Part shown: in pieces, positions 56,545-64,000 of the stretch
Layout: each line of letters opens with the position of its first letter
Numbering within the stretch: the first letter of the stretch is position 1
Source: an uncultured archaeon
GTDB taxonomy: Archaea; Altiarchaeota; Altiarchaeia; IMC4; SCGC-AAA252-I15
Length of the DNA stretch: 64,000 nt
Direction: 5' to 3'
Assembly (NCBI GenBank): GCA_902384455.1
Contig: CABMCB010000092.1
Coordinates: 21,106-85,105, forward strand
Position numbers and translations under genes: made by a program
The notes under the pieces: generated by a model
The model's database searches: none
What the model saw: the letters and a program-made list of their open reading frames with translations, nothing else
What the model was told of the DNA's origin: nothing

Positions 56545-58689
56545 ATGGAAGGCGGAGAAGAAAAAATTGCCGAATGGCGCAGGGTCATAAAAAGCGACCG
56601 GCAAAGGCAACAACTTCTGGAAGACCTCAGGCGGATGGCTGAAAACGGCTCCCAAAAAAGCGCCAAATCAGCGAAAGACCTTCTTAAGATGGTGATAAAA
56701 GTCGGAGAAGTTACATCCGACGACGCAGCCAGCCTCCTTGCAGTAAACCGCGACGTCATAGACTCGTGGGCTCAGATACTCAAAAGCAAGGAGATGATTG
56801 ATATAGAGGGCGACAGAACCCAGAACCCCACTATACTTCTATCCGAAATGATGAGAAACCGGATAGACTCCCTTAGAAAAAGAAGAGACGGCGACACCGC
56901 GCAAACCGACGAACCTCGCGACGCAGACGAAATAAAAGTCGCAACCGACACCGCGCGGCAGGAAAGGGAAAAACGCTCCAAACTCGAAGAGGAACTCCAA
57001 CGCAAAACGCAGGAGATTAAAGAAAAGGAAGAGGAGCTGGCACAAGAAGCGGAAAAACGCAAGGAATACGAGGAACAACTACACCAAGTCGAAGAGCAAA
57101 TAAAAGCCGGCCAAACAAACGAAGAACTGGAAACCCTGCGCAAGCAACTGGAACGCGAAAGAAAAGAGCGGCTTAAAGCGGAAGAAGAATGCAAAAGAGA
57201 GAGGGAAGAGCTGAAAAAAGCAGAAGACAACATCCGCACCGAACACGAACACAGCATAGCAGTCGAAAGCGACATGAAGAAGTACGAATCCGACCTCCGC
57301 GAGCTGCAAAAGGAGATTGTCGATAAAGACAAGCAGATAAAGGAGGAAGAAGAGGAGATAGAGCTTCTTTTCGGGGACGAAACCGTGTCGAAGAAGAAGG
57401 CGGTCGAGCAACTTACCGAAATAGAGAAACTTAAGAGGGCGCAGGAGGAAATAGATACAAGGAAAAAGGAGCTTGTTCACGAAGAGGAGGACATACACAA
57501 GCGCCTGGAAGGAATCAGGAACATGGAAGAATCCGTCAAAAAAACAGAGGAAGACCTAAGGCGGCTGAAACTAGCCCTAGAAAGCCGCGAAAAAGGCGTC
57601 GAACTACGGGAGAAAGAGCTTATAGAGAGGGAAGACACGATATCGTCAAAGGAGAAAGACCTCGGAAAAAGAGAGGACACCGTCAAAGAAGAGGAAGAAA
57701 GCGTAAAGAAGAAAGCAGAAGTAATCAAAAGAGTCAAACAGAAGATAATCACCGAAAAAGAGGAAATAGACGCCCTAAGCGAGAAACTCAGGATTCAGGC
57801 CGAAAACCTTAAGAAAGAGGAGGAGGAGTTGGAGGGTATTCTTGGGAAAGAACTCGTCGACCTTAAGAAACGCAAGGAAACGCTCGAAAAAATATTCGCA
57901 GAAGAAGTCAAGAAGGTAGGGATTGACGACATAAACGAGCTCAAAGACGCCGAAGAACCCAGAAAGCCGGCTGCTCCACCCACTCCGCCCCCGACGCCTG
58001 GCGGAGGACCAGGCAAAGGAAAACCAGACAAAGGAGACGATTCAGGCAAAAAAACACAAGAAGAGAAACAGGATAAGCAGTCTGAAAAGGCGGAAGAAGA
58101 CGACGGAGACGAACCGCCTCCAGCGCCGCCGCGCACACCGCAAAAAAGACCTCCAGAACCTCCGCCAAAAACAGAACCTAAAGAACCACCTCAACAACCA
58201 AAACCCCGGCCGCCTCAGCCGACACCTCAACCGCAAAATAAAGAACCCCCTGAAACATCAGACGACATACACGCGGCAGTAGAAGCCGAAATAGCCGCAC
58301 TACTCAAGAAAGAGTCGACGGCAAAAGCCCCGCCAAAAACAATCCAACCCCAGCAACCAGAAAAACAGGAGCCGCCAAAACAACAACCCCCGCAAAAGAC
58401 CGCACCAGCACCCGACGCCGAAGAATCAGACTTGCTCGCCCTACTTGAGGAAGCCAAACGAATAAAACTCAAGGACGCCGCCAAACGCCTAGGAGTAGAC
58501 GCAGAAGTAGTCGAAAAATGGGCCGACAAACTCCAAGCGGAAGGAGCGATAAAAGTCACCGGCCACCTTGTAGGAGGCAAAGAACTCGAAATCGCCGACA
58601 ACACAGCGCTCAAAAAAGCTGAAGAAACCGCCAAAGCAGACGAAATAAGAGACGAAATACGCCGCCTAAGAGAAGGAAAACAGAATTAG
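56545..58689 (+). CDS. Long coiled-coil protein with Pro-rich linker and terminal winged-helix-like modules
   Basis: About 330 aa Glu/Lys heptad region, P/Q/K-rich linker, related helical modules at both ends. Confidence 0.8.
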   Translation: MEGGEEKIAEWRRVIKSDRQRQQLLEDLRRMAENGSQKSAKSAKDLLKMVIKVGEVTSDDAASLLAVNRDVIDSWAQILKSKEMIDIEGDRTQNPTILLSEMMRNRIDSLRKRRDGDTAQTDEPRDADEIKVATDTARQEREKRSKLEEELQRKTQEIKEKEEELAQEAEKRKEYEEQLHQVEEQIKAGQTNEELETLRKQLERERKERLKAEEECKREREELKKAEDNIRTEHEHSIAVESDMKKYESDLRELQKEIVDKDKQIKEEEEEIELLFGDETVSKKKAVEQLTEIEKLKRAQEEIDTRKKELVHEEEDIHKRLEGIRNMEESVKKTEEDLRRLKLALESREKGVELREKELIEREDTISSKEKDLGKREDTVKEEEESVKKKAEVIKRVKQKIITEKEEIDALSEKLRIQAENLKKEEEELEGILGKELVDLKKRKETLEKIFAEEVKKVGIDDINELKDAEEPRKPAAPPTPPPTPGGGPGKGKPDKGDDSGKKTQEEKQDKQSEKAEEDDGDEPPPAPPRTPQKRPPEPPPKTEPKEPPQQPKPRPPQPTPQPQNKEPPETSDDIHAAVEAEIAALLKKESTAKAPPKTIQPQQPEKQEPPKQQPPQKTAPAPDAEESDLLALLEEAKRIKLKDAAKRLGVDAEVVEKWADKLQAEGAIKVTGHLVGGKELEIADNTALKKAEETAKADEIRDEIRRLREGKQN

Positions 58690-58886
58690 AGGCGCGCCAA
58701 CTTATCCTGAAGCACAGACAACTCCTTACGCAACTCCTTCTGAAGCCTAGTTTTCTCCAAAGGACTCTTATCACTCTTAAAAGTAGCCACAATAGCCGCC
58801 TGAACGCGCGCCATCTCCGCCTCCACCAAAGCCCTATCCTGCTGCAACTTCGCGTCGGCTCCCGCACTACGTCGGCCGCTTGCCAT
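58686..58886 (-). CDS. Small helical/coiled-coil hypothetical protein
   Basis: 66 aa, ATG start, fills the gap; divergent from hisA. Confidence 0.55.
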   Translation of the reverse strand: MASGRRSAGADAKLQQDRALVEAEMARVQAAIVATFKSDKSPLEKTRLQKELRKELSVLQDKLARL

Positions 58887-58928
58887 AAGAGGATATAAGG
58901 AAGGAGAGGTAATAAGGGTTATCTAACC

Positions 58929-59645
58929 ATGTACGTCATTCCATCGATAGACATTTTAAACGGCAAAGTGGCTCAGCTGGTAGGCGGCAGCCTAGGAACC
59001 GAAGTGTACTACGGCGAACCGCTGGAAGTAGCCGCTAAGTGGGTCGAAGCCGGAACTGATTTTCTGCACGTAGTAGACCTTGACGCCGCCCTTCGAGGAG
59101 GAAGCAACCTGGACACCATAAAGAAGATGAAAAGCGGCAGACGAGTGAAAATACACGTCGGCGGAGGCATACGCAACATAGAATACGCCAAATCCCTCCT
59201 TGATGCCGGAATAGACCGCATAGTGCTCGGCACACTAGCAATAGAAGACTACATGCAAGGATTCCCCGTGCTAGAAGAACTAAATAGCACATACGGAAGC
59301 GAACGCATAATCATAGCCGTAGACTCAAAAGACGGCTACGTCGTAGTAAAAGGATGGGGAGAACGCACCAAAGTAAGACCCCAAGACATAATCGCCAAAT
59401 TCATGGGCCTCTGCTGGGGATTCCTATACACGGACGTAGACGTGGAAGGCCGTTTGGAGGGAATCAACATTAGGGGTGTGCGGGAGGTTGTTGAGTCCAC
59501 GTCTCAGCCGGTCATAATATCTGGCGGAATAACCACTAAGGAGGATGTGGACGCGATTAAGGCAAGCGGAGCATGGGGTGCGGTTATCGGAAGGGCGTTC
59601 TACGAGAATAAACTTGATTTCACCGAATTCAAGAGAAATTATTAG
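58929..59645 (+). CDS. hisA: ProFAR isomerase
   Basis: VIPSIDILNG, LHVVDLDAA, VGGGIR, YTDVDVEG, ISGGI, GRAFY. Confidence 0.92.
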   Translation: MYVIPSIDILNGKVAQLVGGSLGTEVYYGEPLEVAAKWVEAGTDFLHVVDLDAALRGGSNLDTIKKMKSGRRVKIHVGGGIRNIEYAKSLLDAGIDRIVLGTLAIEDYMQGFPVLEELNSTYGSERIIIAVDSKDGYVVVKGWGERTKVRPQDIIAKFMGLCWGFLYTDVDVEGRLEGINIRGVREVVESTSQPVIISGGITTKEDVDAIKASGAWGAVIGRAFYENKLDFTEFKRNY

Positions 59646-59652
59646 GTGAAAC

Positions 59653-60210
59653 ATGGAACCGGCAAAGCTTATGCTTGGGAGATACGCAGACACCTATAGG
59701 CTCAACTTGCACTCCATAAACATCTGCCAACGGGAACGCCCTACATTGGACATAAACAGGACCGGGCTTCTTATGCACGGCAACGAACTGGATCCCACTT
59801 CGGTTCTTGAATACGGTTTGCTTCCGCGCCGTACGCCGTACACGAAAACGCTGAGGAGCCCGTTTCAAGTGTGTTTAGGGCTGAACAATACCAATCCGGA
59901 CCAGACGATTCTCACTCACGGCGCAATAAAAAACACCGCTGTGAAGTACGCCGGATACTTCAACCGCCGCGGAGTAATCTACGTAGTTCACGACGAAGTC
60001 AAGGAATACAAAAGTTACTATGAAGAGTGGGAGAACTTGGGGGGGTATTCCCGCGGGCTGGCGTGGGTTGAGCAGAGGATACCTGTAGCACTCATACGCG
60101 GAGTCGTAACATGCAACCTGTCTCTTGCCGCCGCCTCAATGATTCACACAAACTGCTTCCTGCCGATGTACACTCCGGACGGAAACGAATACGTCATCGT
60201 CAGGGGATAG
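59653..60210 (+). CDS. Hypothetical protein, possible ADP-ribosyltransferase fold
   Basis: LMHG...SVLEYGLLP, VCL, AVKYA, GVIYVV, RIP...IRGV. Confidence 0.5.
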   Translation: MEPAKLMLGRYADTYRLNLHSINICQRERPTLDINRTGLLMHGNELDPTSVLEYGLLPRRTPYTKTLRSPFQVCLGLNNTNPDQTILTHGAIKNTAVKYAGYFNRRGVIYVVHDEVKEYKSYYEEWENLGGYSRGLAWVEQRIPVALIRGVVTCNLSLAAASMIHTNCFLPMYTPDGNEYVIVRG

Positions 60211-60213
60211 GCT

Positions 60214-61008
60214 ATGGCAAATCCCCGAACAGACTGCAGAACACACGCCGAAAAAACCGTTCTTGTAGACGCCCACTGCCACATCCTGCATCCGCTCTTC
60301 GACAAAGACAGGGAGGAAGTGATTCAAGCGGCACTAACCGATGGCGTGATTGTTGTTGCGTGCGCTCTTGGAGAGGAAGAAGCTGAAAAAGCCGCGTTGA
60401 TTGCGGCTAACTATCCTAACGTCCGCTGGACGCTAGGTGTTGAGCCAACTCAACTTGATGAAAAGAGAATTATTGCGTTTGAATCTGCTTTGAGGAAACA
60501 TCATACTGAAATCCTTGCGGTAGGCGAAATCGGGTTGGATCACTACTGGACTAAGAAGAAGGAAGAGCACGCTAAGCAGGAGGAAAACTTCCGCAGATTC
60601 CTCTCTATAGCCGAAGAACTAAAGAGGCCTGTCGTAATTCACAGCCGCGACGCCGAAGAAGACTGCGTAAGGATTGTTGGAGAATACGGTGTTTCCGCGC
60701 TCTACCACTGCTTCAGCGGCACCGTTGAGCAAGCCGACAGGATAGTATGTAGAGGAGACTTGATTTCAATTCCGTGCAGCGTCGCATACTCCAAAAGCAA
60801 ACAAGACCTTGCCGCGCACGTCCCGCTGGAAAACATCGTCCTTGAAACAGACGCCCCGTTTCTCGCCCCAACGCCAAAGACCCGCAACGAACCCAAAAAC
60901 GTATCTGTTGCCGCACAAAAAATTGCTGAAATCAAGGGGATTACGTTTGAAAATACTGCAAAGGCAACCACAAAAAACGCCCTGCGCTTTTTCAACAACG
61001 GGGTTTAA
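60214..61008 (+). CDS. tatD: TatD-family nuclease
   Basis: VDAHCH, AVGEIGLDH, VIHSRDA, HCFSG, LETDAPFL. Confidence 0.93.
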   Translation: MANPRTDCRTHAEKTVLVDAHCHILHPLFDKDREEVIQAALTDGVIVVACALGEEEAEKAALIAANYPNVRWTLGVEPTQLDEKRIIAFESALRKHHTEILAVGEIGLDHYWTKKKEEHAKQEENFRRFLSIAEELKRPVVIHSRDAEEDCVRIVGEYGVSALYHCFSGTVEQADRIVCRGDLISIPCSVAYSKSKQDLAAHVPLENIVLETDAPFLAPTPKTRNEPKNVSVAAQKIAEIKGITFENTAKATTKNALRFFNNGV

Positions 61009-61056
61009 ACAAACGCACCGATATTTAAGCGCCGCTTAATTAGAAGATAACTCCCG

Positions 61057-62073
61057 ATGACAGACAAGAAGAAGCCCACGACATACGCCCAAGCAGGCGT
61101 AGACATAAGAAGCGAAGACACCGCAATCAAAGGCATCAAAGGGTGGATGCAGAAGACGTTCAAGTTCCGCGAAGGAAAATTCGGAAGTGTATCAATGGAC
61201 ATCGGCGGCTACGCCAACGTCGTGGAGGTAGGACCGTACCTGCTTGCGATAACAACCGATGGTGTCGGCAGCAAAGTGCTTGTCGCCCAGGAATTGAACA
61301 AATACGATACCGTAGGGATAGACGTCGTAGCCATGAACGTCAACGACCTCATATGCGTCGGCGCAGAACCCATTTCAATGGTCGACTACTTAGCCGTAAC
61401 TTCAGTCAACGAACACATCATAAGAGACATCTGCGCCGGAATATACGAGGGGGCACGCCAAGCCCAAATCGCAGTCGTAGGCGGAGAAACCGCAACACTC
61501 CCTGAAATAATCACAGGCCAAGAAGGGCACGGATTCGACTTAGCCGCCACCGCAGTAGGAATCATAGAACGCGGCAAAGTCATAACAGGAGAAAAAATAC
61601 GCCCCGGAGACCTAGTGGTAGGAATCAAAAGCAGCGGCGTACACAGCAACGGCCTAACTCTCGCCCGCAAAGTGCTCCCTAGGGACATGTGGGCGCACTT
61701 GCTGACTCCCACTCGCATATACGTCAAGGAGGCTATGACGCTCATGCGCGAATACGACATACACGGATTCGCCCACATAACAGGAAGCGCATTCCTCAAA
61801 GTCAGACGCCTCACAAACTACGGGTTCACGTTCGACTCACTCCCAGAACCGCAACCAGTGTTCAAAAAAATCAAGGAACTAGGCGGCATAACAGACGAAG
61901 AAATGCACAAAACATTCAACATGGGAGTAGGATTCTGCGTAATCGCCTCGCCCGAAGACGCCAACGCAATGGTCGAAAAATACGGCCAGGAATACCAGAT
62001 GACAATAGTAGGCCGCGTGGATGCGGAGCCTGGGGTCCGCGTTAAGGTGGGCGACAAACTGATTAAGCCGTAA
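61057..62073 (+). CDS. purM: AIR synthetase
   Basis: YAQAGVDI, TDGVGSK, AMNVNDL, GGETA, SSGVHSNG, HITG, TFNMGVG. Confidence 0.96.
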   Translation: MTDKKKPTTYAQAGVDIRSEDTAIKGIKGWMQKTFKFREGKFGSVSMDIGGYANVVEVGPYLLAITTDGVGSKVLVAQELNKYDTVGIDVVAMNVNDLICVGAEPISMVDYLAVTSVNEHIIRDICAGIYEGARQAQIAVVGGETATLPEIITGQEGHGFDLAATAVGIIERGKVITGEKIRPGDLVVGIKSSGVHSNGLTLARKVLPRDMWAHLLTPTRIYVKEAMTLMREYDIHGFAHITGSAFLKVRRLTNYGFTFDSLPEPQPVFKKIKELGGITDEEMHKTFNMGVGFCVIASPEDANAMVEKYGQEYQMTIVGRVDAEPGVRVKVGDKLIKP

Positions 62074-62123
62074 ACTCAGCTGGTATCCGCGACAGATTCG
62101 CGCTAGGCAGGTTGCTTAAATAG

Positions 62124-62837
62124 TTGTGCTGCGCGATTACTTACATGACTGATTACATGCTGCGTATGAAGGTTGCTGATGATTCTCGCAGGCTTGTTGA
62201 CTTGTATGCTCCGTGGGATTTTAGGGTCGACTCTTTTGAGAGAGTAAGAGAGTATGTAAACGGTGGCGGCGCTGTCACTCCTGAGGTGCTTGTGAACGCA
62301 GGAGTGTTCTCGTTGTTTAACCCTCAAAGCCAGTACACCAACGTCCGGCCGTTGTACGATAAAGCAGCTGAAACGCAGGGGGAAATTACTGGACGCGTCC
62401 GAACAGCAGTTGAAACGTTGGACGCACTCAAACATACTCACGACGCTAAAGTTGACGGATACAGCGACCCGGCGGGAGCGGCCAAAGCATACTACGCCTC
62501 AGCATATTTGGTGTATACCGGCCTGCCAGGTGACAGAGACATTTTCATCAAGGGAATTGAAGATAACACTCCAGCATCCGGCCAACCTAACGCAACCGTG
62601 TCATCCGCCGTCATAGCGAATGTAGGCATATACATGCTAACTAGACCCAAACAAGAGGATGCTGCACGCTGCGCCCGCCTCATGGAGAGGTTCAGGGAAA
62701 CGCGTCCAGACGTTACTCAAACGGTGCTAGACGCGGTGAAGTCGCTGGAGACTCTACGAGGCCTGATACCGGAGGACCAGCGAGGCCTACCTGACCCAAC
62801 CACCCAAACAAATGGAGCAGGCCGAAGACGGGTTTGA
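62124..62837 (+). CDS. Hypothetical protein
   Basis: Long ORF with no recognised motif; true start probably a downstream ATG (MTDY or MLRM). Confidence 0.65.
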   Translation: MCCAITYMTDYMLRMKVADDSRRLVDLYAPWDFRVDSFERVREYVNGGGAVTPEVLVNAGVFSLFNPQSQYTNVRPLYDKAAETQGEITGRVRTAVETLDALKHTHDAKVDGYSDPAGAAKAYYASAYLVYTGLPGDRDIFIKGIEDNTPASGQPNATVSSAVIANVGIYMLTRPKQEDAARCARLMERFRETRPDVTQTVLDAVKSLETLRGLIPEDQRGLPDPTTQTNGAGRRRV

Positions 62838-62842
62838 ATTGT

Positions 62843-62878
62843 AAACGCCGCTTGTCCGGCGTTTTTCTAATGTTTTTT
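62843..62878 (+). terminator. Hairpin AAACGCCG-cttgtc-CGGCGTTT followed by T-rich tracts
   Basis: Perfect 8-bp inverted repeat 5 nt after the stop codon, then TTCTAATGTTTTTT. Confidence 0.55.
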
Positions 62879-62909
62879 AGGCGCACGCCCATAAGGGTAA
62901 GAACATAAA

Positions 62910-63833
62910 ATGCCGCTCACAGAAGTCGAATACATCTGGCTTAACGGGAAAATCGTCCCATGGAAGGACGCTAAAATCCACGTTCTAACTCACGCCCTAC
63001 ACTACGGTAGCGGAGCCTTTGAGGGAGTCAGATGCTACGAAACAAAGAAGGGGCCGGCAGTATTCCGGCTCACAGACCACCTGAAACGCCTTGAGTCGTC
63101 CGCAAAAATATACATGATGGATTTGCCTTACGGCGGAGTCGACGGACTCAAGAAGGCGGTATTCGACGTCATCAAAGCAAACAAACTCAAATCCTGCTAC
63201 ATCAGACCAATAGTCTACAGAGGATACGGCGAAATGGGAGTAAACCCCCTCAAAAGCCCCGTCGAAGCAGCAGTCGCAGTCTGGCCTTGGGGAGCATACT
63301 TGGGAGACGACGGCCTCAAAAACGGCATCCGAGTCAGAGTCAGCAGCTACAGGAGAATAGACGCCAACGTCATACCACCCAGAGCCAAAGCCACCGGCCA
63401 ATACCTCAACAGCATACTCGCCAAGATAGAGGCCATACAAACGGGCGTTGACGAAGCAGTAATGCTTGATTCACGAGGCATGGTCAGCGAATGCTCCGGT
63501 GAAAACCTATTCATAGTCCGAAAAGGAAAACTCTTCACTCCGCCAACAAGCGCAGGCATACTGGAAGGCATAACCCGAGACAGCGTCCTGAAGATAGCCA
63601 AAGACGACCTCGGACTAAAAGCCAAACAAAGAGACATAAGCAGAGACGAACTCTACCTAGCGGAAGAAGCATTCCTCACCGGCACCGCAGCCGAAATAAC
63701 GCCCATACGCGAAATAGACGGCCGCACCATAGGCAAACCCGGGCCCATAACCAAGCAGATTCAAGAGAAATTCTTCAGCATAGTCAAAGGAAACGACGAA
63801 AAATACGCCGAATGGCTTGAGCACCCAAAATAG
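62910..63833 (+). CDS. ilvE: Branched-chain amino acid aminotransferase
   Basis: HALHYGSGAFEGVR, YIRP, AKATGQY, ECSGENLF, LEGITR, TGTAAEI. Confidence 0.96.
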   Translation: MPLTEVEYIWLNGKIVPWKDAKIHVLTHALHYGSGAFEGVRCYETKKGPAVFRLTDHLKRLESSAKIYMMDLPYGGVDGLKKAVFDVIKANKLKSCYIRPIVYRGYGEMGVNPLKSPVEAAVAVWPWGAYLGDDGLKNGIRVRVSSYRRIDANVIPPRAKATGQYLNSILAKIEAIQTGVDEAVMLDSRGMVSECSGENLFIVRKGKLFTPPTSAGILEGITRDSVLKIAKDDLGLKAKQRDISRDELYLAEEAFLTGTAAEITPIREIDGRTIGKPGPITKQIQEKFFSIVKGNDEKYAEWLEHPK

Positions 63834-63841
63834 CTTACACC

Positions 63842-64000
63842 CTACGCCTCTACGACCGTCCCCTTAAACGGCTTACCGGACACCGCAGCCTCCATGTTCC
63901 TAAGGTCGCGGCCGTTGAGGAACACCGTCTTGATTTTACTGCGCTGAATTATTTTTGCGGCCAGCAAGTCCATTAGGGCGTAGTTTCCTGCGCCGGAGGA
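63842..64000 (-). CDS. pyrH: UMP kinase, C-terminal fragment (truncated by the window edge)
   Basis: Hand translation: ..AGNYALMDLLAAKIIQRSKIKTVFLNGRDLRNMEAAVSGKPFKGTVVEA*. Confidence 0.8.
   Translation of the reverse strand, partial: SSGAGNYALMDLLAAKIIQRSKIKTVFLNGRDLRNMEAAVSGKPFKGTVVEA

Noticed and set aside
57960-58420. Possible DNA tandem repeat or CRISPR-like array
   Set aside because: Low-complexity Pro/Gln/Lys codons with no fixed-length repeat-spacer structure
56545-58689. SMC/Rad50 assignment for the long coiled-coil protein
   Set aside because: No Walker A/B, signature motif, hinge or zinc hook
1-64000. tRNA, rRNA, CRISPR array, transposase or integrase
   Set aside because: Intergenic gaps are short and none showed a cloverleaf, repeat-spacer array or recombinase motif by eye; a covariance-model search was not possible

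Overview
Gene-dense archaeal chromosomal segment. The archaeal call rests on PriL, L31e, aIF6, Hef, HerA, Trm5, type II MAP, RtcA, geranylgeranyl reductase, form III RuBisCO and TATA-like boxes about 30 nt upstream of many starts. Gene content is compatible with an Altiarchaeota/DPANN-type lineage, but taxonomy cannot be fixed from sequence alone. Most of the window is housekeeping and biosynthesis (pur, his, leu/ilv, phe, pyr, glt), with several bacterial-type genes (leuCD, gltB, nrdR, class II HMG-CoA reductase) and an accessory patch at about 9.6-17.5 kb (ABC exporter, toxin-antitoxin pair, matrixin, rubrerythrin, cupredoxin). The most striking locus is at the left edge: a PrgI-like gene, a VirB4-like ATPase with an apparent C-terminal PD-(D/E)XK nuclease domain, and two T4SS-type pilins, with no relaxase or integrase visible. 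Other notable items: an in-frame TGA in leuC, NrdR-box-like sites upstream of nrdR, a PriL with a Cys-poor PriCT-1/PriX-like C-terminus, two coiled-coil proteins sharing a winged-helix-like module, an ADP-ribosyltransferase-like ORF between hisA and tatD, and kb-scale A+C versus G+T strand mosaicism. No rRNA, tRNA, CRISPR array or transposase was recognised. All family calls come from motif recognition by eye, not database searches.
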